Source of the DNA: a bacterium
GTDB lineage: Bacteria; UBA6262; WVXT01
Length of the DNA stretch: 16,547 nucleotides
NCBI GenBank assembly: GCA_046759165.1
Contig: JBHIBS010000030.1
Coordinates: forward strand, 1-16,547
Direction of reading: 5' to 3'
Positions 6,164 through 14,130 of the stretch are shown piece by piece. The position numbers and the translations under genes are program-made. Below the pieces are notes generated by a model. The model did not search any database. It was not told where the DNA came from and saw only the letters and a program-made list of their open reading frames with translations. Every line of letters begins with the position of its first letter. Position 1 is the stretch's first letter.

Positions 6164-7681
6164 TTACTTCTCCTCTTTAAAGACCTGTGCTGAAAAAGTA
6201 TATATTTCTGTATCCTTATCCTTCCACGCATCCTCAGCCAAATTGGCCTTATCGTAACAGAGCCTATTCAGAAACTCCTCTTTTGACCAGCCAGTTTCAG
6301 TCGCCACCTGGGGCAAAAAGACTCCCTGGCGGTAGCCTTTCTTTACAATCACACCGTGTTTCCCCAACTCTATCTCATCTACGCTCTTGATTTTTTCTGG
6401 CACTGTCAAAACAGAAAGCTCAATTTCAATCTCATCTAACTCTTCGGGCCTTACTGGGGGAAAACGAGGATCACCAGTGGATGATTCAATCGCCATTTTG
6501 GAGACAGCCTTGTAGAGTTCCTCGAGAGGCATAATATACCCGATGCAGCCGCGAAGCAGTCCCCTTCTATGTAAAGTTACGAAGACTCCTCTCTTCTCTT
6601 TCAACAGAGGGTCTTCTACATTAAACTCTGGTACCTTCCGAGACCGGATATATTCTTCAATTGTCTTCCGTGCGATATCCAGGAGAACCTTCTGTTGTTT
6701 TTCATCTAACATTTTCCTGCCTCCTTTCTCTTTCTTCAGTTCGGGAGTCATCTCTTCCTTTTTCAGGTGTATTATGGCAAAGGCACCATAACCCACCACT
6801 CTTCTCTTATCTCCAGTCACATCTCCAGAATTTGCATATTTCAATAGCTTTATTCTGTTTGCCCCGCATGCTTTTGCGGCCAGAATTGCAGTAAATACAG
6901 CTGCACCACCACAGAGCTCCGCTTTTCCACTGGTGATGTGTTCCCTTAAGCCATCGAGATCAAAATTCTCTAAGTCGCGGATTGCTACTCCGTCTATCAG
7001 ACATGCTCTCCCATAGGTGTGGTAATGGGACATATCCGTAGAGGCAACAATGAGTATTCTCTTCTTCCCCTTTGAACGCACAATAGCATCGGCTAAAAGC
7101 TGACAGAACTCCTCGGAATTGTTATTAAAAACTATGGGAACTATCTTGAAATCTTTTAATGTTGACTGGAGAAACGGAAGTTGCACTTCGAGAGAATGTT
7201 CATTCTTGTGGGCTTTCTCATCAAAATAGAACGATTGATGTTTTCGTATAATTTCTTTAGAAATTTCAGAATCTACTTTAACTTTTCCCAGGGGAGTTTC
7301 CCACCACCCTTCAGCATAAACAGAAGCCCCATCAACAGGGACATAGTGGCTCGGTCCCAGAAGAATTACAGTGTCAAAATTCTCCCCCTCCAGCTGACGA
7401 TAACCATGTGCTGCGACCTGACCAGAATATGTGTAGCCTGCATGGGGTAAAATCAACGCTACCAGGGTTCCGGGCAGTTTCTCCTGGTCGACCTTTTTAA
7501 GAAAACCCCCGATCATATCCTTCAAGACCCGAGGCGAGCCTGGATAGAACTGACCACCCCAGCGAGCTCGACGAACCATGGACTCATAGGCCTCTGCTGC
7601 CCCCTGAGGCGAAATACAGAAAAAGAGAAAAATAAAAGAGAGAAAAATTCTCCTAATAGAGATTGTGAACTCCTTTGACAT
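6164..7681 (-). CDS. AmmeMemoRadiSam protein B (MEMO1-like) fused to protein A (AMMECR1-like), with N-terminal signal-like segment
   Basis: MEMO motifs GQFYP, PHAGYTYSG, GPSH, EHSLEVQLPFLQ, STDMSHY, YANSGD..VVGY. AMMECR1 motifs GVFVTL, LRGCIG, DPRF, ELSVLT, GVFLPQV. Confidence 0.93.
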   Translation of the reverse strand: MSKEFTISIRRIFLSFIFLFFCISPQGAAEAYESMVRRARWGGQFYPGSPRVLKDMIGGFLKKVDQEKLPGTLVALILPHAGYTYSGQVAAHGYRQLEGENFDTVILLGPSHYVPVDGASVYAEGWWETPLGKVKVDSEISKEIIRKHQSFYFDEKAHKNEHSLEVQLPFLQSTLKDFKIVPIVFNNNSEEFCQLLADAIVRSKGKKRILIVASTDMSHYHTYGRACLIDGVAIRDLENFDLDGLREHITSGKAELCGGAAVFTAILAAKACGANRIKLLKYANSGDVTGDKRRVVGYGAFAIIHLKKEEMTPELKKEKGGRKMLDEKQQKVLLDIARKTIEEYIRSRKVPEFNVEDPLLKEKRGVFVTLHRRGLLRGCIGYIMPLEELYKAVSKMAIESSTGDPRFPPVRPEELDEIEIELSVLTVPEKIKSVDEIELGKHGVIVKKGYRQGVFLPQVATETGWSKEEFLNRLCYDKANLAEDAWKDKDTEIYTFSAQVFKEEK

Positions 7682-7686
7682 TCACC

Positions 7687-8799
7687 CTAATAGGCATCGC
7701 TCAAAAGGTGAATGTTGCCTATCTTAACCCTTTTTAAACCAGCCCTCCTTGCCCCTGCCAGGCATTCCTCAGCGTGCCTTCGGGAAGTGGTTGGAAGATC
7801 CGACATATAGAAATGGGGATGGAAAGCCAGGATGGAATATGGAATCTCAGGGTCTAAGGAGGCTATGAACTTAGCAAGCTTTGAGACCTCAAAACTGTCA
7901 ACATATCCGGGCACGAGAAGCGTTGAAGCCACAAGAAAAGGTGGTTTCCTCCTCTTCTTAGTATAATCAGCCAGAAGAGAGAAGTTCTCCTGTGTCCTCC
8001 TGTTCGAAACTCCGCACAAGGCTATGTTTACCTGTTCACTGAAAGCTTTCAGGTCAAATTTTATACAGCCACCTGAATCTATGGAAAGTTCAGCTATCTC
8101 CTTTAAGAATTTAGGATTCATACAGCCATTCGTTTCCCAGCAGATGCGCACTCTTTTCTTCTCCAAAGCGAGCCGTGAAGTCTCCAAGGCATGGTATATC
8201 TGGGGAACAGGGTCGCCGCCAAAATAGCAGATGCAATTTGTTTTCCCATCCACACAGTTAGACAACTCCTCTGAAGTTACGAAATTTCCATCTTTCAGGC
8301 TTTCGGGATTCCCCAGAACGGCTGGAGTCGCCCGTTTCATCATGCGTTCAACCTCCTCCCTGTAGTGCCAGTTCTGGCAGAACAGGCAATCGAAAGAACA
8401 GCCGTGGTAGAAGACCGCTAAATTTTTGTATCCATAGCTTTCTCTCTCGCCACAAACCCATTCAGCCACACAATTGGTTGGTAGTGGGTCGTGGTACCAG
8501 CTGAGGCTTCCTCTTTCTCTACTTATCAGATGGACCAACTTTCCCAGATGGTTAGTTCTCAGGCCACAGTAGCCAAAGCTTCCCTCTGCAATTCGGCATT
8601 CATTGGCACAAATATTACATTTCAGTCCTCTGTTATCTTTCGGGACCTCTTCTGGAAGGCGAAAACTACTTCTTGAGACTTTATGGGCTTTCTCTATTAA
8701 AGGTGAAACTTTCTCGAAGTCTCGCCTTATACATTCAACACAAACGCCCAGAATTTTTCCAATTAACGGAGACTCCTTTTTGCAATTAAGACACTCCAT
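7687..8799 (-). CDS. Radical SAM protein, PflA/AmrS-like activase superfamily, with extra N-terminal Cys motifs
   Basis: CSFDCLFC (CxxxCxxC), CYFGGDP, CWETNG, KFDLKA; N-terminal CLNC/CVEC and CNICANEC..CGLR. Likely start ATG 8799 (SD GGGAGG); the ORF-track extension to 9015 overlaps the DUF72 gene. Confidence 0.88.
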   Translation of the reverse strand: MECLNCKKESPLIGKILGVCVECIRRDFEKVSPLIEKAHKVSRSSFRLPEEVPKDNRGLKCNICANECRIAEGSFGYCGLRTNHLGKLVHLISRERGSLSWYHDPLPTNCVAEWVCGERESYGYKNLAVFYHGCSFDCLFCQNWHYREEVERMMKRATPAVLGNPESLKDGNFVTSEELSNCVDGKTNCICYFGGDPVPQIYHALETSRLALEKKRVRICWETNGCMNPKFLKEIAELSIDSGGCIKFDLKAFSEQVNIALCGVSNRRTQENFSLLADYTKKRRKPPFLVASTLLVPGYVDSFEVSKLAKFIASLDPEIPYSILAFHPHFYMSDLPTTSRRHAEECLAGARRAGLKRVKIGNIHLLSDAY

Positions 8800-8809
8800 A
8801 GTCCTCCCA

Positions 8810-9520
8810 CTATCTTCCGACCATCTTTTTGAACCTTGAGGCATCTTCAAACATATAGATATTGTTGAACATACAATATATCTCGCTCTTTTCTTCACAT
8901 TTTGCTTTAAGTTTTCTGAGATCCCTATCAGCGTAACGATATCTGTATCCACCCATTCCATGTAGTCGAAAATAGTTAAACTGTCCAAAAAGAGCCTCAG
9001 CTTTAAAAGGGTCAACGCAGTGAACCAGTCCCAATTCAGAACAGATACCCCTTATTTCCTTCCCATCCCATTTTCCCCTAGGCTCCCAGAGTAAAAGGAG
9101 ACCTTGTCTTTTAATTTTCTTGAAGAATTTTCTCATATTCCTCTTATTTTCAACTGTGGGATGGAAGCTGGGTGGCATCTGAAAAATAACTATTTTCGCT
9201 TCAAGAAGTTGGGCAATTTTCTGAGTCTTCTTCCACGCTTCAAAGACCATATCGGTTGGCTTGAAGGAACCATAATTTGCCTTCTCCTTTTCTGGAATTG
9301 GATAGCCAAGTTTCCTGTAAGTTGGGCTGGATGGCAAATGGGTAATCAACTGGGAAGCCTTTAGAGTAAATTCGAATCCCTTAGGAGCCTCTTCCCTCCA
9401 TTTAAGGACGGTTTCCAACCTGGGGAACTGGTAGAATACTTTCTGTATCTCCAAGACTTCAAAATTCTTATAATAGCTCGCCCTAGCCACGGAAAATCCA
9501 CAACACCCAACCTTAACCAT
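8810..9520 (-). CDS. DUF72 (YecE/UPF0759) family protein
   Basis: VKVGCCGF, LEIQKVFY, W....P..FEFTLKASQLITH, FQMPPSF, WEPRG.W, VDPF, YFRLHG, YCMFNN. Confidence 0.92.
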   Translation of the reverse strand: MVKVGCCGFSVARASYYKNFEVLEIQKVFYQFPRLETVLKWREEAPKGFEFTLKASQLITHLPSSPTYRKLGYPIPEKEKANYGSFKPTDMVFEAWKKTQKIAQLLEAKIVIFQMPPSFHPTVENKRNMRKFFKKIKRQGLLLLWEPRGKWDGKEIRGICSELGLVHCVDPFKAEALFGQFNYFRLHGMGGYRYRYADRDLRKLKAKCEEKSEIYCMFNNIYMFEDASRFKKMVGR

Positions 9521-9543
9521 ATAATACCCCTCATTACAGCTTT

Positions 9544-9594
9544 CTGGAGTCCTTGCGAAAGCAAGGTCTTTCCTCCCTTTCGGGAGGACTCCAG
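9544..9594. repeat. Double-hairpin intergenic repeat, complete copy A
   Basis: CTGGAGT-[CCTTGC GAAA GCAAGG]-TCTTT-[CCTCCC TTTC GGGAGG]-ACTCCAG. Confidence 0.85.
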
Positions 9595-9602
9595 TTCCGA
9601 TT

Positions 9603-10610
9603 TCACGTTGTTATTGGAAGCGGCTTTCCACAATATGGGCAATTGCCCTCTTCAATTTTCATCTCCAGTATAGAGAAACCGTCTCTTTTAATGATTAGTT
9701 TTCCACAGTGGTAGCAATAGGTGTTTTCACCCATGTGTCCTGGAACATTGCCAATGTAAACATAGTGGAGACCCCTCTCAAGTCCAATCCTTCTGGCCTC
9801 TTCCAAGGTTTCTACGGGTGTAAAGGGGAGATGGGATAACTTCAAATGAGGAACGAATTGAGTCACATGCCAGGGCGTATCCTCGCCAAGCTCTTTGAGT
9901 ATCCAGGAAGCAATTCCTTCTAAATCTTCCCTATCATCATTATATCCTGGGATAATATTGGTTACAACCTCTACCCACATTCTCCATCTCTTCTTTGCCC
10001 TCGCGGTAACCTCCAGAATTCCAGTAAAATCGGGAATGTTCCCAATCTTCCGATAACCCTCCTTTCTGAACCCTTTAATATCCACTCTGAAAGAGTCGAG
10101 ATAGGGACCAATTCTATCCAGCGCCTCGGGTGTAATGTAGCCATTGGTAACATAATTTGTAAGTAACCCTTTCTTCTTTGCCAGTTTAGCAGAATCTAAA
10201 GTATATTCAAACCAGATTGTTGGTTCATTGTAAGTCCAGGAGATTCCCCGACAGTGCCCTTTCTCTGCCAGTTTCACAGCATCTTCTGGAGAAAAGTATT
10301 GGGCCTCTCCTTCATAATCAACATGGGAGATGTCGTAATTCTGGCAACCAGGACAGCGAAAATTGCAGCCGAGAGTACCTAAGGAGAGCCATCTCGATCC
10401 TGGGTAGAAGTGGAAGAGGGGTTTCTTCTCTATTGGGGATATAGCCCAAGTGGAAACTCTTCCATAGATAAGAGTGTAGAGTTTCTCTCCCACCTTTTTC
10501 CTCGTCCGGCACCACCCGGTCTCTCCTTCTCCAATTATGCACCTTCTCTGACAGATGCCACATCTCACCCTGCCATCTTTCAGAACCTGGTAAAGAGTTG
10601 CTTCTTTCAA
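9603..10610 (-). CDS. amrS: AmmeMemoRadiSam system radical SAM enzyme
   Basis: VRCGICQRRC..GWCRTR, PIEKKPLFHFYPGS, GCNFRCPGCQNYDIS, WTYNEPTIW.EY, VTNGY, VDIKGF, YVYIGNV, TYCYHCG, CPYCG. Likely start is TTG 10610 (SD GGAGG 6 nt upstream); the extension to 10697 runs through repeat DNA. Confidence 0.93.
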   Translation of the reverse strand: MKEATLYQVLKDGRVRCGICQRRCIIGEGETGWCRTRKKVGEKLYTLIYGRVSTWAISPIEKKPLFHFYPGSRWLSLGTLGCNFRCPGCQNYDISHVDYEGEAQYFSPEDAVKLAEKGHCRGISWTYNEPTIWFEYTLDSAKLAKKKGLLTNYVTNGYITPEALDRIGPYLDSFRVDIKGFRKEGYRKIGNIPDFTGILEVTARAKKRWRMWVEVVTNIIPGYNDDREDLEGIASWILKELGEDTPWHVTQFVPHLKLSHLPFTPVETLEEARRIGLERGLHYVYIGNVPGHMGENTYCYHCGKLIIKRDGFSILEMKIEEGNCPYCGKPLPITT

Positions 10611-10616
10611 GACATC

Positions 10617-10696
10617 CCTCCCTTTCGGGAGGATTCCAAGAAATTCTGGAGTCCTTGCGAAAGCAAGGTATTTCCCTCGCTTTCGGCAGGATTCCA
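10617..10696. repeat. Double-hairpin repeat: half copy C (10617-10638) plus copy B (10646-10696)
   Basis: TTCTGGAGTCCTTGCGAAAGCAAGGT is identical at 9542-9567 and 10644-10669. CCTCCCTTTCGGGAGG is identical at 9572-9587 and 10617-10632. Confidence 0.85.
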
Positions 10697-10704
10697 AGGT
10701 GGAG

Positions 10705-11454
10705 CTAGAATATGAAAAAGCCGGCCTTTCTCATCCTTTTTACGGAAGTATCATAGGGATCGCAAATTTCTTCCTCCAGATGGTCTTTATACCCCACCTC
10801 CCTCAATTTTCTTACCATCTTTCTTCTTTCCTCTTTGGACATTAGGCGAGAATCACTCATTGAGGCAACCCGAAAGTATATGCCTTCCCTATTCAAGGTC
10901 TTCACAGCTAGGTAGGGCAGTTCATAAAACTCACCCCTTCCACCCGTCCTCTTCTCAAAACTTTCGGGAGTGCCAGCCTTTATGGAGATTCTAACATAGA
11001 GATTTTTATATTTCTTTAGAGCCCTGACATATTCTGGCTGTTTACCGAAAAGAATCCCATTTGTCTCCAGAACAAAGAAGAAGTTAGTATCGTCAACCAA
11101 GTCCAGAACTCTAAGTAGATGCACCTTCCCCAGAGTCGGTTCTCCGCCAGATACGCGTAATTTCTTAACTTTTGCCTTTCTGGCATTGGAAACGAGTCTC
11201 TCAAAAACCTCCTCAGGAGTAAAGAATTCTCCATATTTGTTAGGGAAATCCCGGGAGAATGAAACCCAGCAAAACACACACCTCAAACAGCAGCCCACAA
11301 GATATCCAGTAGAAATTCCACCATATACCCCTGTACAGTAGAAATTTGTGTATTTGCGGGAAGAATCCCTTAAGCATAACTTTTCGGTCTCCCTCGCTAA
11401 ATTAAGCGGATCGAAAGGAACAGAATCTTTCGTAATGAAACCCTGATATTCCAT
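10705..11454 (-). CDS. Radical SAM protein, small uncharacterised type common in archaea
   Basis: YGGISTG..VGCCLRCVFCW (CxxxCxxC), RVSGGEPTL, FVLETNGI, VRISIKAG. Confidence 0.88.
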   Translation of the reverse strand: MEYQGFITKDSVPFDPLNLARETEKLCLRDSSRKYTNFYCTGVYGGISTGYLVGCCLRCVFCWVSFSRDFPNKYGEFFTPEEVFERLVSNARKAKVKKLRVSGGEPTLGKVHLLRVLDLVDDTNFFFVLETNGILFGKQPEYVRALKKYKNLYVRISIKAGTPESFEKRTGGRGEFYELPYLAVKTLNREGIYFRVASMSDSRLMSKEERRKMVRKLREVGYKDHLEEEICDPYDTSVKRMRKAGFFIF

Positions 11455-11463
11455 TATGTTATT

Positions 11464-12198
11464 TCACCTTTTCCATTTTTCCGCTTCATCACCAGTCATG
11501 GGAACAAACCGGACAGGAATTACGTCCTGGACGGTCAATTTTCCCTTTTTCCTTTCTACGATCTTGAGCACCTGGGGAAAATGGGTTTCTCCCACAGGTA
11601 TCACCATCCTGCCACCTTCGGCAAGTTGATCAATTAGAGGCTGGGGAATATGGTCAGGTGCACAGGTCACTATGATTCCATCGAAAGGCGCATACTCTTC
11701 CCAGCCTAAATACCCATCACCGCATTTTACCTTTATATTTCCATAACCCAATTTCTGGAGAAGCTCTTCTGCCCTCTTAGCTAAAGGTCCCAGTATCTCT
11801 ATTGTATAGACTTCCCGAGCCAGTTCAGAAAGGATCGCTGCCTGATAACCCGAGCCCGTGCCCACCTCCAATACTTTCTCATCGCCTTCTAAATTCAAAC
11901 ATTCTGTCATCAGGGCGACAATATAGGGCTGAGAAATAGTCTGTCCCTCTCCTATAGGAAGAGGATAATCGCTATAGGCAAATGATCTGTATTTTTTGGG
12001 GACAAACTTGTGTCTGGGAACAGTCTCCATTGCCTCCAGAACCCGTCTATCTCTTATTCCTCTCCCCTCAATCTGCTCAACAACCATCGCCCTTCTTTTC
12101 TTTTTGAAGTCCGCTCCATTTTCGCCCCTTCTTCCCAGGCAACAGTTGAAGATTATCAAAAAGGCTACAATCAAAAAGAGAACAACTTTTCTTTTCAT
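11464..12198 (-). CDS. pcm: Protein-L-isoaspartate(D-aspartate) O-methyltransferase with N-terminal hydrophobic signal
   Basis: VPRHKFV, AY.D.PLPIGEGQTISQPYIVA.M, VLEVGTGSGYQAA, GDGYLGW...APFD.IIVT, QL..GGRMVIPVG, VRFVPM. Confidence 0.96.
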   Translation of the reverse strand: MKRKVVLFLIVAFLIIFNCCLGRRGENGADFKKKRRAMVVEQIEGRGIRDRRVLEAMETVPRHKFVPKKYRSFAYSDYPLPIGEGQTISQPYIVALMTECLNLEGDEKVLEVGTGSGYQAAILSELAREVYTIEILGPLAKRAEELLQKLGYGNIKVKCGDGYLGWEEYAPFDGIIVTCAPDHIPQPLIDQLAEGGRMVIPVGETHFPQVLKIVERKKGKLTVQDVIPVRFVPMTGDEAEKWKR

Positions 12199-12833
12199 CT
12201 CAACCTACTCTCCAGTTTTTTACTGCATTCTTCGCAAAAATCTGCTTCTTTTATATCAGTATCCCGAAGACTATTGGAAAAGTGCATCACACATTTCGCA
12301 TTGCCACAGTGCTTTAAACCGAAAGCATGTCCCAACTCGTGAACCGCTTCCTTAATTGCCCTTTCAAGAAAAAGCTTATCATTCCTGCTATTTCCGTAAA
12401 ACTCTTCCCGCAATCGAGTTAAAGAGATCAAAGCCGCCGTTCCACCCAGGTCTGCCTGGCCAAAGATGAAGTTTAATGCGGGAACGAAGATGTCCACATC
12501 GAGAACACCTAAAACTTTGCCTGCATCTTTCGGGATATTTTGCTTTAATTCTTCCAGTATAGGAGTGGCAAAATATTGTCTCCGCTCAGCCCTGTAAGCA
12601 TCCTCAGAAAGTGGCAATGGTTCCCCTATCTCAAAGACTGCATCAAACTTCTCTCGCAAAGCCCAGGACAATTTCAAAAGAGTCTCTTTATCAACATGTC
12701 CAACTTCTATAATATAAATCTTCATTTCTGCTCCTTTTAATCTCCCTTTCTCCTCTTGTGGCAAACACCCGGCAAGGAAAATTAAGAATAAAAATATTAG
12801 AATTATCCCTGACATCCATTTCCCCATCTTCAT
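12195..12833 (-). CDS. Archaemetzincin family (M54) Zn metalloprotease with in-frame lipoprotein signal
   Basis: AY...RRQY, LNFIFGQA, KEAVHELGHAFGLKHC....CVMHFSNS...D.K...FC..C. Upstream in frame: MKMGKWMSGIILIFLFLIFLAGC. Alternative start ATG 12725 with SD AAAGGAG. The stop overlaps the pcm start. Confidence 0.9.
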   Translation of the reverse strand: MKMGKWMSGIILIFLFLIFLAGCLPQEEKGRLKGAEMKIYIIEVGHVDKETLLKLSWALREKFDAVFEIGEPLPLSEDAYRAERRQYFATPILEELKQNIPKDAGKVLGVLDVDIFVPALNFIFGQADLGGTAALISLTRLREEFYGNSRNDKLFLERAIKEAVHELGHAFGLKHCGNAKCVMHFSNSLRDTDIKEADFCEECSKKLESRLR

Positions 12834-13154
12834 TCCAGGCACTGCCCACCTTCCCTCCCAGCGACCATCTCTTCCATTATTCTTCAGTTTTGCGAAGCAT
12901 CGCTTACCAACTGTGGGAACAGGATATGTCCCCCTGTACACCAGGGCTTTAGCAATTCTGTCTCTAAACTCCACTTTAAAGTGTCTATTCCTTATTCGAG
13001 CGTAGATTTCAACGAAACCGTAATGGAGATGGTCTTCTCTGTTTCAAGATAGATAGCTGGTTGCGACCAGCGGTGGGCAATGAAGAATGCCAGAAAAATC
13101 ACAATTGAAAATAATAGGAAAAGGGACCTTTTTCGTACTGTTTACAATTCGTAC

Positions 13155-13613
13155 CTAAGATTTAGTTTCCAGAAGAATGGTTACAGGTCCGTCATTATGG
13201 ATGTCCACAAGCATACGGGCCTGAAACTCTCCAGATTTGACTTCTACTCCCTTTGCCTTCACCTTTTCAATAAATTTTTCATATAGATCCTCTGCCATCT
13301 CTGGTGGGGCAGCAGAAGTGAAATCGGGCCTCCTCCCCTTTCTACAATCGCCATAAAGGGTAAACTGAGAAATAACCAGAACTTCCCCTTTCACGTCGAG
13401 AACTGAAAGGTTCATCCTATCGTTTTCGTCAGGAAAGATACGCAGATTTGAAATCTTTTCGGCAAGATATTCGGCATCCTCCTCACTATCCTGTCTTCCT
13501 ACCCCCAAGAGAACTACTAATCCTCTTTTAATTTTATTTATCTCTCTCAATGATTCCACTTCGTTCTTAACACTTACGCTCGCTTCAGATACTCTCTGAA
13601 CAATTGCTCTCAA
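13155..13613 (-). CDS. dtd: D-aminoacyl-tRNA deacylase
   Basis: RAIVQRV..ASV, LRIF.D....MN.S, SQFTL, KGRRP.F, NDGPVT. Likely start is TTG 13613 with SD GGAG. Confidence 0.96.
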   Translation of the reverse strand: MRAIVQRVSEASVSVKNEVESLREINKIKRGLVVLLGVGRQDSEEDAEYLAEKISNLRIFPDENDRMNLSVLDVKGEVLVISQFTLYGDCRKGRRPDFTSAAPPEMAEDLYEKFIEKVKAKGVEVKSGEFQARMLVDIHNDGPVTILLETKS

Positions 13614-13629
13614 TTCTCTCTCCAATAAA

Positions 13630-14067
13630 TTATCCTTTTTCTATCTCCTCCATTGCCTCATCGATATTTCCCACAGAAATTATACCCTCAATATTCCAGG
13701 TATTGATTCCCACCACCCTTTTGCCTGTGCCAAGAGCCAGTCCAATCTCGGACAGAGTGCCATACTTTCCGTCCACAGCAATCACAACATCAGCAGTGCG
13801 AACGATAATGGCATTTCGAGCATAGCTCATTGAAGTGACAATGGGTATATCCACAAAAGGATTGGCCTCAGTTTTTTCCTTGCCCGGAAGAATGCCTATT
13901 GTCAAACCGCCTCCATCCTTCGCTCCTCGGCAGGCTGCCTCCATCACCCCACCCAATCCTCCGCATAGGAGGATATGCTTTCTCTGGGCAATCTTCTTTC
14001 CCACCTCATAAGCAATCCGGGCTATTTCTTTACTGCAATAATTCCCACCAATAACAGCAACAATCAT
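13630..14067 (-). CDS. TIGR00725 family (LOG/Rossmann-fold nucleotide-binding) protein
   Basis: [39 protein letters not shown]...D.VIAV.G.YGTLSEI..AL. Confidence 0.92.
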   Translation of the reverse strand: MIVAVIGGNYCSKEIARIAYEVGKKIAQRKHILLCGGLGGVMEAACRGAKDGGGLTIGILPGKEKTEANPFVDIPIVTSMSYARNAIIVRTADVVIAVDGKYGTLSEIGLALGTGKRVVGINTWNIEGIISVGNIDEAMEEIEKG

Positions 14068-14090
14068 TTTTAACTCTCCTAAAAACCACT

Positions 14091-14113
14091 CTGGGGTCCT
14101 CCCGAAAGGGAGG
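14091..14113. repeat. Half copy D of the double-hairpin repeat, inverted orientation
   Basis: CTGGGGT-CCTCCCGAAAGGGAGG is the reverse complement of the right half of copy A (9572-9594) with one mismatch. Confidence 0.75.
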
Positions 14114-14130
14114 CCTTGCCTCTAGGCTTT

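Noticed and set aside
8800-9015. N-terminal extension of the 442-aa radical SAM ORF
   Set aside because: Overlaps the DUF72 gene by about 200 bp; a strong SD supports ATG 8799.
9544-10696. CRISPR array or rho-independent terminators for the hairpin repeats
   Set aside because: No regular repeat-spacer periodicity, no cas genes and no U-tracts after the stems.
10611-10697. 29-aa N-terminal extension of AmrS
   Set aside because: Consists of translated repeat DNA; family similarity begins at LKEA.LY.
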